NCBI RefSeq assembly: GCF_001194135.2
Contig: NC_068994.1
Span: forward strand, 59,348,820 to 59,412,819
Source: Octopus bimaculoides
Lineage: Eukaryota
Length of the DNA stretch: 64,000 bases
Direction of reading: 5' to 3'
Shown here piece by piece: positions 24,916-39,035 of the stretch; within the stretch, counting starts at the first letter, position 1, and the number at the start of each line of letters is the position of its first letter. Both the position numbers and the translations under genes were made by a program. Below the pieces are notes generated by a model, which was not told where the DNA came from, made no database searches, and saw only the letters and a list, made by a program, of their open reading frames with translations.

Positions 24916-26429
24916 ACTTGATTACTCTTGCACAACCACCTAAGTCTGCACAGTTAAGGAATTTCTTTAACAGATCAAAGGACCCTTTCTTCACCCCAAT
25001 CTAAAACATTTCAATTTTTCATTAATTGTACCAGATTACCTCAAATTATAAATAAAACTTCTGTTAACCGGGAACAGATAAAATCTAACTCTATGAATAG
25101 ATGATACAAAGTTGCTCTGACAAAATATATTCTTAAGAATCTATCAAAATAATGATAATTGAACATTGTGTATACAGTGCTCAGCTGCAGTGAAATTCAT
25201 TGGGAAAGAGTAAAGGAGGGGTGAGAAAGTAGACAAAGACCAAGTGAAGAAAGACAGCAACGAGAACCAAAAAGTACCAACATAGTAAGACAGAATAAAA
25301 GACAACATGAAAGAAAAGTGAACAGTAAAAGAGCCATAAAGAGTAAAAGATGGATAGACATATTAGGAATAATGTCGGTGAATTTTAGGAAGCATGGAAT
25401 TTTTTAACAATGCAGTGTTCTGACAACTAACATCCAATGTACGTAGTTTATTCCATGCTTTGATAATATTGAACATGTAAAAATGTTTCCAAAAGTCATA
25501 CATTTTGAATTTTATAAGTATGTCCACAAATGGTAGAGGTATTGAAATGAAAAAAAGAAAATGGTCTAAAGTTGTTGCTGGAAAGATGATGGATAATCTT
25601 GTGAACTTCTATCAGTTTAGCTGCTAGAAGTTGAAGCTTTAGGGTGTCAAAGCCGAGAGAAGCAAGATGTTTGAGATGTGGTAACTAATGGAAGATATAC
25701 AAATATCTATTTCTAAAGAATACCTGTTTTACAAGGTTAATATTAAGGGATATTTGTCTTCAATTTGACTGATTCCAGCCATTCAGATAGGGTCATGCTG
25801 GAGCACTGCTATGGAAACATTTTATTAGAAATGCATTTTTAATGAACAGCCAATAAAAGGCTAAATCAAAATGTTTTATTCGTGATTACAATGGTGTTTT
25901 ATGGAAGTTTTCTTTGGCTCAGAATTAACAAAGAGAATCTAATGAATGTTGATGTGTAATAATTTTATTTCAATAAAACTGCATTATTATAATAACAACA
26001 GTGGAATTGTCACGAGGGAGTCTAATTGTGGTTTTAAATATTGACTCGTATCTTTATAACTCAAGGAATGATGGCAACAACATCTAAATAAATTAAAATC
26101 TTACTTAACCGACTTTAATCTTGGGTTTTCACACAAGAGTTGAGAACTGAGAGACAGAAGCCATGTTGGCTATCAACAAGGAATATGTGAATTTAAAATT
26201 AACCTTTTTAAAGATTTCTTTAATGTCTATAGAGATCGGGGAAGAATCTGTATGAGGTTTAGGTGTGGATTTTGTTAGGCAAGCATTATACTTAACTTCT
26301 TTTACCTGCAGTACAGAATAGTGTTGAGATGTAAAGAGGTTTTGCCAAATCACATCTCTGTGGAACTGTTTGGAAAAGAAGTTTTCTTAGAGGCCTTACT
26401 GATGCATCTTTAGTTTACCATTATTCTTC

Positions 26430-26640
26430 ATTCCAAGGCAACGAGCTGCTAGAATTGGTAGCACACTAGACAGAATACTTAGCAGCATTACTTCCAGCTT
26501 TACAATCTGGGTTCAAATTCTGCCAAGGTTGAGTTTGGCTTTCATCTCTTTTAGGGGGTCAATAAAATGAATACTAGTTGAGCAAAGGAACCAATGGAAT
26601 CCTCCACAACATTTCAGGGGTTGTGCCTTTAGTAGAAAGA
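26430..26640 (+). mobile_element. tRNA-derived SINE (family B)
   Basis: aggcaacgagctgctagaattggtagcac...gggttcaaattctgccaaggttgagtttggctttcatc. Confidence 0.7.
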
Positions 26641-28751
26641 ATTCTTCGCTTTACATGCAAACACCCACTTTAACCTTTTATTACAGCACCTGATATTTCA
26701 CATTTGTAATTTTCTGCAGTTATACAACACACACAGACACACACACAACTGTCATACCCGACAGAAAAACTGAACAATCAAAGATGTAAACAAGCAGGAA
26801 CTGCAGACAATAATCACATCAGATTTTGTATAGACCCTAATCTGAGAAAGTGACCAACAGACCGGTGAGATCCAAAGTTAATAAACACAGTTTACAAAAT
26901 TTATTGAAACTAAAAGATGATTGGTGAGAAAGATTGTGCATAAAGGAATGCTGTCGACAGTGAAAACTATCAAGATGATAGAAAAAATATTCTTGATGGA
27001 TGGAATTCATTTCATAATTAGCAGTAACGACAACAATTAAAAGCTTTACAATTGTAATATGTATGGTGAAAGTAATGGCAGTGCTGATAACAGACTAAAT
27101 GCTAACAATAATTATAGAGGGTTATAATTAACGATTTAATTAAAAACAGGAAGTATCATTTGAAAAGGTTGGGGGGGGGGGGACTATATAATGGATACTT
27201 CCTAGAATGACATTGTCTAATTACTCCTACCCCTCCTCTCACTTCAACGTTCATTATTATATCCTGGGCTTTATTTTTGATAAGAAAATGGAACAAGACT
27301 TTACTTGCAATTGAACTGTGAACTTTTAAATTATAAAATATTATGTGGAACTGCTTGAAAAGTTCAATTCTAAACAAAAATAAGCCACTATTCCAGCATG
27401 ACCAGTTAAAGAACAAAAGAAACAGGTCTTTTATTATAACTGAATACATCTTTTTTTTCTTTCTTTTAATTAAATAACAGAAAATATTCTAATTGGGTTT
27501 TTACACTGCATTCATGGCAAGAAAAGAATCTAAGAGAATTTTAATTTTAACTTCTCATAGAAACTAGTTAATAGAACAGCTATAAATCAATTGCTCACAA
27601 TCGATAATTTTAGAGATAACTAACGAAACAATAAGACAGTCTTTTTTTTCGGCTGCATACTTCAGGACCGTTTATATAAATATTTATCAATCATTTGAAC
27701 CAGGGATTGGCCGACCACAGCTTCAGCTTGTCTGATTTGTTCAGTATTGACAATTAGAGCAAAACTCATTTTTATAACAAACCACAAATAAAGCAGAATT
27801 TTATGTTAATGGGAGGGGGAGAGGGACGGTTCTTTGGTTGATAAAAAATTTAAGTTCAGCCGAGTGCAATATTTTAAACATGAAGTATTTCCATCTTAAA
27901 TGAATGAAGCATGAAAGTGAGACTAACAGTGGTGTCTTCTGTACTCCAACACCATTCTACTTTATATGAATCATCATTTCTAAGAAAGGAGGGAAGGACA
28001 AATAACAAAAAAAGCAGGTAAACTGGTTGACATATTCACTCCAAAACCACAATCATTGCTATTCAACCAGGCTAAAACTGGTTTGGCCCTTTCTGCCTGT
28101 CACATGTGGTATCAACAGATATTTATGCCATTCAATGTGAAAGGACCCCTTTAATATTCCAGCTGAGATTTTATTCTCACTCACACAAGACTTTGGGTGA
28201 CCTGAACCCAAAACTGAGGTGGGGAAACAAATTTCTTAACCACATAACCTCTGTGTGTGTGTGGAGGAGTACATAAGTGCGTGAATGCTTACAGCCTACA
28301 CACACTAAACTACGGCTACAAATGGAGACATTTGTTGATATTTCCTGCCAACTAACCATTCACTAGACCTGCACTTTGAAATTCCTCTACAGGAAAAAAA
28401 AACAAAAAAACAAAGAAAAATCCCTTATTTGAAAAACAGGTAAGGTTTTGGCAACAGAAAAAGTATCCAGTTATAAAATCCTCCCTCAATTCCTTCCTGT
28501 CTAAACAATGCTAGTATGAAGACTAATAACCTTATCTGCTGACTACTTTGGTTATCTGCAGACTAAGCTATTGGTATCTTTGCAGTAAGACAGATCAAAG
28601 AGAAGTATACAGACCAGAATCAGTCTCTGCATAGGATTTTTGTTGATACCAAAAGCTTTTTGACAAGGTGTCATGGTGGTCTGTAGAGAATCCTCCCCAA
28701 AATATTACTAATTACATAAATATGTATAAAAAATTTAAGTTCAGCCGAGTG

Positions 28752-28793
<42 letters not shown>

Positions 28794-31700
28794 AGAGAGA
28801 GAGAGGACCTTGGGCAAGTGTCTTCTATAACTCAAGGCTGACCAAGGCCTTGAGTGAATTTGGTAGATGAAAACTGAAAAAAAACCCATCATATATAATA
28901 CATATGCATTATATAGTCCTGTAGCTGGCAGCACCTGCAATTCCAGCATCCAAATTCAGTCTTCTGTATCCCATCACTCTTGAATATGGCCCTGAGATAC
29001 TTAAAAATTTTCCTCTAACATACAAACTGCACTAGGAAGACTTTCTTGGAGAGAACCAATGTCTCAGAATTTGCAACCCTAATTCTCACCACTGCTTTGC
29101 ATCAATCAACAGCAAACCCATTCTGGAGATTATCTTCTGATGAGCCAAGCAGCACCATGTTGTGAGCAAATATCAGCTGACCACTGATTGTGATACCACT
29201 TCCACAATGGCTTCACATGTCAACCCAGGTCATAGAAATTATGAAAAAGAGGTGACAATACACATTCCTGCTCAAGACCAAGGCATGTTGAAAGGTCTTA
29301 ACTTAGCACCTTTTAGCTGAACACCAACATCTGGACATCTGTCAAGGGACTTCACTATAACCAGAAGTTGCTCATTAATCTCAAACAAACGAAGCTCAGA
29401 GTTTCATTACTATCAAAGTCACTACAATCATCGATGGACACAAGTTAGTCTTTCTTCCAAATATTTCAAAGTCTTGGTCTTGATGAGAAAACACAACCTT
29501 GGTGATTATCATTTCACTTCATTATTAAGGACCCATCTTAATGCAGGGGACTGCAAGAATAGTTTGAACACCAAGCGAAATGATTTTTGTTCCGAGATCA
29601 AATTCTGCTGAGGTTCACTTTGCCTTTCATTCTTTTGGGATTAATAAAATAAGTACCAGTTATGCACTGGGGTCAATGAAATTGCTGGCCTTATGTCAAC
29701 ATTTGAAACCAGCATTAAGGACCCTTCCAACTGCACCATTTTCATCCAGTCAGCATCAATATTATTATCATTGAGAAATTCAAAGTCAAACCAAAGTATT
29801 CAATAATGAAACCCTTTCACAATGGAAGCATCATTTCATTGAATAAGATCCACTTTCAGAACTAAACTAGAAGAACAGCAGCCATTGCTCAAGTGTCTAC
29901 ATATACCATTATGTATATTATTTGTCTTCTAATAATCACAACTTCATCAATGTGCTGATAGGTCTTTCTCATTGTTTGCAAATGTTAGAATAGTGACCTG
30001 GCTGATGGCTTGATTAAACAATTTTTTTAAAAAATCAAACCTAACCAGTTTGTTCCAGTCTGAGTTATAATAATGTTAATATTCAGAATGACTTTCAATA
30101 GACTAATTTCTCACTGGCAGGCATTTTATGGATTGTTGTGGTTAGAATGTCAGTCAAGATGGCCGAGTCAGTAAACATCACAACCAAAACAACAATATTA
30201 TTCATCGGATGTATTCCCATTTTAAATTCTTGTCATAACAATGACTTTTTTTTAATGCAACTTCCTAAAAGAATCTTATTTTATACTCTTTGTGAGTAAA
30301 ATCTTTGTTTAATTTTGTTGTGGAAAATCTAAACAAGTAGGGAAACAATTTCAATGTATTAATTATAAGGTTATTAAGATATATTGCCCCAGGGAGGCAA
30401 TGACTGAGACCTTTGGCAATATGCTGTGCTTGAGAAGAAAACCCACCAAGCCAAGTGAAATTATAGGCTGATGCTGGTGTCATGTAACTGGCATCCATGC
30501 TGGTGGAACATAAAAAGCACCTGCTGAGTGTTGGGCCTCACAAAGGCAAAGTGACCGATGCTGGTGGCACATGAAAAGCTCCTTTTGAGTGTTGGGCCTC
30601 ACGGAGGCAATGACCAAGACCTTTGGCATTATGTCATGCTTGATAAGAAGACCCATCAAGCCAAGTAATATCATAGTTGTGTCACACAAATGGCACCCAT
30701 TACATTCTCAAGTGGTTGGCATAAGGAAGGGCATCCAGCCATAGAAATCATGTCAAAACAGACTGGAGTCTGGTGCAGCCTTCCCACTTGCCAGCCCTGA
30801 TCAAACCGTCCAACCCATGCCAGCGTGGACAACGGATGCTAAATGATGATGATGATGATGATGAGCCATAATCAATTATAGTAGAATGTACAAGTGAAGG
30901 TGAGTGGATTGTGGCCTTGAATAAGGTACTTCATTTCATGTTACTCCCGTTTACCTGGCTGTAAATGGGAACCAGCCGAGTGCTGGTGTACTCTTCTCTC
31001 TCCCTTCAGCTGTCACGTCCTTGGTATTCCACTAAGTCATGGATGGAAGGGCTAAAAGAGTGTTTATGTCCACCTGTGACTCTACAGGCACCAAGTGAAA
31101 TAATGAGCAATTGTGTGGTGCAGGTTGCCGAGTCAGGCTTTCTTGTCAGTGCTGGTAGCTAAGCATTTGTTGAGGTTTTAATAGAAACTAAATTTAATTA
31201 ACAGAAAATATATTAATTAGGAAATATTACAAACTTTTACCAACTGTAAGCAACATTTATGGCTAAATTTTCTATTTTATCAATGGAAAGCCATTTAACA
31301 TGTCATAAGAGGGAATTATAGATAAGCTCCATTAAGTGTGTGTGTGCGTATGCATGTGTGCATTTCAGCCATTAAACTGTTATGAATGACTAATTCTTTT
31401 GGAAGATATCTCAGCCACTCTGTACTGGCCACACTGGAATGTTTCTCCCTATCTCTCTCTCTCTTGTCAACAAAAGATCCTTTGTAAATGTTAGTCAAAC
31501 TACTAACACACAACAAAACTTTCCTTTAGTATCCATTCACCACCACTGCTGCCACCACCACCACTCATGCCCTGATAGCAAAATATGTCCAACAAACAAA
31601 CATAAAAGGTAAATTACCCAGTTTGACAGAAACTAAATAATAGTAATAATAATAACAACAATAATAATGTTCCATAAAACAAACAGGCTGGGAGGGGAGC

Positions 31701-33276
31701 AGTGTAGTATTTCGGATCAATAAATGACCTTCACCAAAGTACAAATGTGTGACCCACAATGTAGCAATTAAAGATTTTGAAATGGTTCTGCTCTTACACA
31801 ATCTAAATTATTTATTAAGCTGCCCAGAAATGAACATTTAAAAAAAAAACAATTTTCAACACCTCTGGTATTCAGTGTTATGAATAAATAAATTGCGATA
31901 AGCAACGGAACATTAAAAACAGGTTCACTTTCTGGGTTGTTTTCAACTAATCGAACAATTACCCCCTTTATCAATTGAGTCTCTCTCCTCAGTCACACAC
32001 CCCTATTTCAGTTTCCAAAAGCCACACAACTACCATAGCCTCAGGCCGATCAAAGCTTTGTGAGTGGATTTGGTTGACAGAAACTGAAAGAAGCCTGGCA
32101 TGTATAGATGTGTGTATTTGTCACCCATCACCATATGACAACTTGCACTGGTGTGTCTACATCCCTGTAACTTAGCAGTTCAGCAAAAGATATTGAGAGA
32201 ATAATGAACGATTGAAAATTCATTTGTGTATCAGGCTGACATTTTCCCATCTTCTCTGGGTTGGTCCCATGAATTTAGTCACAAAGTTCAAATTGAAGAA
32301 ATATTTACTGGGTTTTATTATTAAGTTGGAGAGCTGGCAGGTCAGTGAGAGCATTGGAAAGAAAAAGAAAGAAGTTCAGTGGCATCTCTTCTGGCTCTTC
32401 ACATTCTGAGTCCAAATTCCACTGTCTTTGTCCCTCACCACTGAACACTGGGGCAGAGTTAAATTTTGCCAAGGTCAACTCTGTCTTTCTTTCTTTTGGG
32501 GGTCCATAAAGCTAGCATTAGTTGAGGGCTGTTATAATCAACTTACCCACTCCCTCTAAAATTGATGACACTGTACCAACATTTGAAACTATTATTGTTA
32601 TTATTATTATCATTATTATTGGAGGTGAGAATGTTCAGTTTTATTTATCAAGGTCTTCAACATAACTTTTTCCTCAAGTTTCTTTATCAACAAATTCTTC
32701 AAGCTGTACTGGAATTGATCTTGGACAGATTGCTTTTTTTTTTTTTACATAATATTTATGAAGATTATGACAAAATCATTGTCTTTATCCTAACAATACA
32801 ACCTACCCCAGATAAGATCGAGATCTTTAAAGCAAACAAATGACATTATCTCTACACCAAAATAAATATTGCTCTACAGAACTGCTCTAGAGCACTTTCC
32901 TGCATACATAATCCTCTGATCTTCTATTGTCAATCTATCACTGATCATGGTTTTGCATCACAGCTGTTGTATCAAGTGAATACTTCTGCAGCACGTACGC
33001 TAATGTCACCAAGATCCAGTAGTTACTGACTAAAAGCTTATCTTCCTGGTTCATGTCAAACACTGTGAAATGTAATGCTTATCTATTTGCATGGTTTTGA
33101 ATTAATCATGCATTGTCTTTTGTATATTTTTAGAATGACATTGTAGGGTAGGTATGAAAGGTTGAACTGGCCAGTTTGAACACAAATAGAATATTTGGGC
33201 CACATTTGGCCTGTTTAATGGTTAGCGAGGAAAAGTTAAACGCCCCAACACCAGCAGTGGTGGGGAACACTCAGGC

Positions 33277-33397
<121 letters not shown>

Positions 33398-35654
33398 GGG
33401 CTTCTTCTGTCTTCCAAACACACAAGGCTTTGGCCGGCCTGAAGTTATAGCAGAAGACACTTGCCCAAGGTTCCAAACAGTAGGACTGAACCCAAAACCA
33501 CGTGGTTGGGAGGCAAACTTTTTGCCACAAAATCAGGTCTGTGTCTACGCAAATACTCAACCTAATCACGTGGAACATATTCCAACTGCTGTCGCACAGA
33601 TGTGCCCCTTCCTTTATTCTTTGTCTCCCCACTGCATCTAAAGTAATCTCGATTACTGCACTCTCACTGAAATCCCCTCCTTTAGCCACTGACTTGGCAT
33701 TCACATTCTACGCCAACCGTTTACTGGTTTCAGACTGCCTGAAAACGGTACAGTTACAGCACCTTCTACAACAGACTAACAACAAAAAAGGGAAAAAATG
33801 CTCTTTGTATAGGTGATGATGGTGGTAGTGGCGGTAATGGAAAGAAAAGCAAGAAGACAATCTTAAAATTGGCGAAACTGAAAATTATTCATTATCAAAT
33901 TTTAAATTCCTCTATAAATTTGACAATCAACTCTGCCAGAGGGAATTAAAAAAAAAAAGTGTTAAATTAATTTTCTAAATGTAAGAATGAAGTTATCTCC
34001 CTTGACTTAAAAAAGAAAAAGAAAAGAAAAATGTCTTCCTGAAGTTCTCTGAAAAACAACGAATGTTTCCAATTGAACTTGTTGACGGGAGGTCGAACAG
34101 ATCGAATTGTAAAGTATAAACAGAAATAAATAAAATTAAAACGTCTGTGCTTTCGAGAAGAAAGTGAAATAAGAAGATTGTTTCCTGAATGATAGACGAA
34201 GGTGTGTGTGTGTGTGTGTGAGACAGTCTCGCCAAAATATTACACATACCACTGCTACATGGAGATGATAGATAGATAGATATACAGACAGAGACAGATA
34301 GATAGATAAATCGATAGATAGATACGACGAGAACAAAAATGGTTTGTTTGATAAATAGATATGAATAAGAACAAATATTTTAATCCTGGGATTGATATTG
34401 TCGAAAAAAGTGAATGGGGCCTAACAAAACCGTGACTAAATGAGTGAACTTAGGGCGACATAAACCAGTGTATCATCTACCCCTTCCTTTTTAAAGACAG
34501 TATGAGTTGCTGCTATTTCTAGCGAGTCGAACGACCAAATAGAGGCTCCACTCTGTTGTCACGTAGCAAGGAGAGGAAGACTTGAATGGATAGCTTTTAT
34601 ATACGAGATAATGTCTATATTCACCTTGGTACCGACATCGAATGGACAGGGGCTAGAATACAATAAACCTGTTCCCCCAAAACTTCATCGACAGCCCCAG
34701 TAATAATTGAACACTTGTATTAAATCGATTTCATAACGACCTTAATGGACTTCGAGGTAATTAAACTGCTAATTAAAACTAATAAAATACATAGTTGAAG
34801 ATCACTAAAACTATTTAAAAGCCAAGAAGAGTTGTTTGGACAGAACAAAAGTCCGCTTTCCTTCATCAACAACTGACCCACATCCACACACTTGAAGGGA
34901 TGATTATATTTATTAATCATTCTGGCATTCCTTTTCAGTAAGAAATTGTTGAGGACTGTTTCAGTTGTAAGCAAAATCGGAAGTTGTACAAAGCCAACAG
35001 CCAGATCACAACATTTCCTGTTGAGAAAGGAGTGGCCGGCCACCATGAACAGTTGCGTCTTTCCGGGTGAAAAGTTGTTTCGCTGTTACAGCTCTGCACA
35101 TATTGAAATATCATTCGAACTTTAGATGCTGCCTTTGACCAGCGATTTTCGAGGGAAAGGGGTCGCACAAGACCAACGATTTTAAAGGGGTCAGTCATTC
35201 GACCGCATAAAAATAGTAACAAAAACTCACTCAAATCACACGAAAAAATCTTTAAAATAAAAGGATTGGGGGTGATGATACATTAGATAAAGCAGGCCAA
35301 CACACAAGCCGGGGAGACGGGATGGGCATGACTGGAGCATTTTTAGCGTGCTTGGTCAAGAAACACCTTTATCAGTAGTGTAAAGTTTTATACACACATG
35401 TATTATATATATACACGCACACACAATATATATATATACATATTTACTCTTTTACCTTTTTCACTCTTTTACCTTTTTCACCACCTTTAGTCGAGCAAAT
35501 CGACCACAGGACTTATTCTTTGTAAGCCTAGTACTGATTCTATCGCTCTCTGTTGCCGAACTGCTAAGTTACGGGGACGTAAACACACCAGCATCGGTTG
35601 TCAAGCGATGTTGGGCGGACAAACAGATACAAACATATATATATATATACAAAT

Positions 35655-35800
35655 GGATATATTAGTTTAACGCTCGGGAATAGAGAAAGTCTTTGACGTT
35701 TCGAGCCTACGCTCTTCAACTGAAAGGAACACAGAAAGAAACAAGGAGAAAAAAAATATAAATGTAGTGGTCAGCGATCTATCATGGCGAATGCACGACA
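35655..35800 (-). mobile_element. Penelope-like element terminal-repeat fragment with a degenerate minimal hammerhead motif (35691-35726)
   Basis: Minus strand: CTTT-CAGTTGA-A-GAGC-GTAG-GCTC-GAAA-CGTC-AAAG. This gives stem I (CTTT/AAAG), stem II (GAGC/GCTC), a GAAA core and palindromic ACGT with GTC at the cleavage position. Confidence 0.55.
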
Positions 35801-36061
35801 GAAGGATCACACAGGAGAGCTAAGAAAAAGGGGAGATTGGGGAAAGCATGGGTGGAGTGTGGGATAGACTGAGGGTGGGGGTAGAGGTAGGGGTATATGG
35901 GTAGGCAGAGGTTGGGGTGGGTGTAAGGAATGGGATGGGAAGGTAGGGTAGGAGTGGGATGAGCTCATGAGGGAGGGGAAGGTGGACATGGGTGGGGGGA
36001 GAAAGCGAGGAGAGAGGAAGAGAGTAAAAGAGAGAAAGAGAGCAAGAGAGAAAGAGTAGGG

Positions 36062-36105
<44 letters not shown>

Positions 36106-36118
36106 ATATTATATATAT

Positions 36119-36733
36119 NNNNNNNNNNNNNNNNNNNNNNNNNNNNNNNNNNNNNNNNNNNNNNNNNNNNNNNNNNNNNNNNNNNNNNNNNNNNNNNNNN
36201 NNNNNNNNNNNNNNNNNNNNNNNNNNNNNNNNNNNNNNNNNNNNNNNNNNNNNNNNNNNNNNNNNNNNNNNNNNNNNNNNNNNNNNNNNNNNNNNNNNNN
36301 NNNNNNNNNNNNNNNNNNNNNNNNNNNNNNNNNNNNNNNNNNNNNNNNNNNNNNNNNNNNNNNNNNNNNNNNNNNNNNNNNNNNNNNNNNNNNNNNNNNN
36401 NNNNNNNNNNNNNNNNNNNNNNNNNNNNNNNNNNNNNNNNNNNNNNNNNNNNNNNNNNNNNNNNNNNNNNNNNNNNNNNNNNNNNNNNNNNNNNNNNNNN
36501 NNNNNNNNNNNNNNNNNNNNNNNNNNNNNNNNNNNNNNNNNNNNNNNNNNNNNNNNNNNNNNNNNNNNNNNNNNNNNNNNNNNNNNNNNNNNNNNNNNNN
36601 NNNNNNNNNNNNNNNNNNNNNNNNNNNNNNNNNNNNNNNNNNNNNNNNNNNNNNNNNNNNNNNNNNNNNNNNNNNNNNNNNNNNNNNNNNNNNNNNNNNN
36701 NNNNNNNNNNNNNNNNNNNNNNNNNNNNNNNNN
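36119..36733. other. Assembly gap (615 N) flanked by (TA)n
   Basis: Read directly. Confidence 0.98.
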
Positions 36734-37836
36734 ATTATATATATATATATTATATATATGTTATATATATATATATTATATATATATATATTATATATAT
36801 ATATATTATATATATGTATGTATGTATGTATATATATATATATTTGTGTATCGTTTTGTTTGAACAGTCTGTCAAATTACGTTCTATTAATTCTGCCAGT
36901 TACGTACGTAAGCAGTAGTACACAATGAGAGACCACTCCATACAAGTATGATAATCATTTGTCACTCCCCAATTAATTTTAGTTTGTAATCAGTTTCTAC
37001 AATTTCCCAAGCCTTTGAAACACAAATTAAAATTGGGAATTTGACAACAGCACTACTTGCCATACAATGAATGACGAAACGGAATAATTCAAACTGAAAA
37101 CGTTGCACCGAGACACACCTTCACATGTTATTGGTCGGGAAGGCTACAGTGTGTTGTTAATTTATGAAGTCTCGAGATATGGAAATAAATATGATAGGTT
37201 GACGTGGTCGACACCTCTCGCTTCATACTCCACTGGAAAACAATCTGAATCTGTTTTTAAATGGAGAAAAGACTCCGAAGATTATTTCTAGGAACGTGAC
37301 ACTAATAAAGGCCAGCTTTGGTGACGTGACAACTAAATAATGATTTCTCATATTAAGCACAAGGTCACGGATTCATAGAAGAGTGGAAAGTGTATAGTCT
37401 TCCGCTGTTTAACGGTATTTATTGAGCAAAAGCAAAAATCGTAACCAGCTGAATTTAATTAACGTACAAAGATGTTTTACATCCACTGTGCTGCCATATT
37501 TGCCAACCACAGCCGAATAGAATAACGATTTCTATTGACACACTACTAGGCCAATTCTGTAAAGGGGAAGGTGGGGTTTGTAGTTAACGTCAATATCGAT
37601 AACGACTATTTGGGGGGGGGGGTGATTTTATCAACCATACTTCCAGCCCAAAACCGATAATAATTTAATTTCTAGTCAGACTTTTATTTAGCGACATACT
37701 TTTACAGGAAGAAGAAAAAAAAATATAAAAGGATCGAATTATCGAGAAAAAACAAACAAAACAATTCCGAACTGTTTCATCAAGGAAACAAAAAAAAATG
37801 TGGGAGATTAAGCAGCAAAAGATGGGGGAGGGAAGG

Positions 37837-38395
37837 NNNNNNNNNNNNNNNNNNNNNNNNNNNNNNNNNNNNNNNNNNNNNNNNNNNNNNNNNNNNNNNN
37901 NNNNNNNNNNNNNNNNNNNNNNNNNNNNNNNNNNNNNNNNNNNNNNNNNNNNNNNNNNNNNNNNNNNNNNNNNNNNNNNNNNNNNNNNNNNNNNNNNNNN
38001 NNNNNNNNNNNNNNNNNNNNNNNNNNNNNNNNNNNNNNNNNNNNNNNNNNNNNNNNNNNNNNNNNNNNNNNNNNNNNNNNNNNNNNNNNNNNNNNNNNNN
38101 NNNNNNNNNNNNNNNNNNNNNNNNNNNNNNNNNNNNNNNNNNNNNNNNNNNNNNNNNNNNNNNNNNNNNNNNNNNNNNNNNNNNNNNNNNNNNNNNNNNN
38201 NNNNNNNNNNNNNNNNNNNNNNNNNNNNNNNNNNNNNNNNNNNNNNNNNNNNNNNNNNNNNNNNNNNNNNNNNNNNNNNNNNNNNNNNNNNNNNNNNNNN
38301 NNNNNNNNNNNNNNNNNNNNNNNNNNNNNNNNNNNNNNNNNNNNNNNNNNNNNNNNNNNNNNNNNNNNNNNNNNNNNNNNNNNNNNNNNNNNNNN
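37837..38395. other. Assembly gap (559 N)
   Basis: Read directly. Confidence 0.98.
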
Positions 38396-38804
38396 CCGTG
38401 CGAGTCATACACGTGCAGGGCACCGAATTGATCGACGCACCGCTATTTGGCCGCGAAGTGAAACGGAGCCAGGCGAGTCGGTACTGGCCTAAGGATGTCT
38501 CAATCTGCCTGAAGGTAGATTTGTATTTGATGTCATCCCAGTTACGTTGAGCATCTGTATTCTGAGGGGGGGGGGTGCCTTCAACGGTCCTGGGTCACAT
38601 CGGGTTAAGCCAACCCGCAAAGTACCTCACCGATGAGGGTGCAGTTGAAGGATCTCAGGGAAATGGAACTTTTTGAGTCGCAGCAAAACATTTGATTCAG
38701 CTGACCCACTTCCCTTTAGAGAATACCCAGAGATTGATGTTGTTGGGTGCATAGAAACTCAACAGAAGAAACCAATTAGTGGGTAATTATTATTATTTTT
38801 TTTG

Positions 38805-39035
38805 TTAATACATTTATTTCTTTATTGCCCACAGGGGGCTAAACATAGAGGGGAGAAACAAGGATAGACAAAGGGATTATGTCGATTACACCGACCCCAG
38901 TGCGTAACTGGTACTTATTTAATCGACCCCGAAAGGATGAAAGGCAAAGTCGACCTCAGCGGAATTTGAACTCAGAACGAAATACCGGCAGACGAAATAC
39001 CGCTAAGCATTTCGCCCGGCGTACCAGCTCGCCGC
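38805..39035 (-). mobile_element. Well-preserved, CpG-intact family-B SINE; close copy at 52165-52385
   Basis: Both copies share gtgcgtaactggtacttatttaatcgaccccgaaa.gatgaaaggcaaagtcgacctcagcggaatttga.ctcagaacg. Confidence 0.85.

Noticed and set aside
34720-35234. Minus-strand ORFs of 108 and 99 aa near the CpG boundary
   Set aside because: No recognisable motif, and no phase-0 donor linking them to exon 2.
38409-38425. CACGTG-N5-CACCGA, resembling a carbohydrate response element
   Set aside because: The second half-site is poor and it sits in repeat-like sequence beside a gap; expected by chance.
36062-38550. Long ORFs of 210-288 aa in the track
   Set aside because: They are open only because they run through N gaps.
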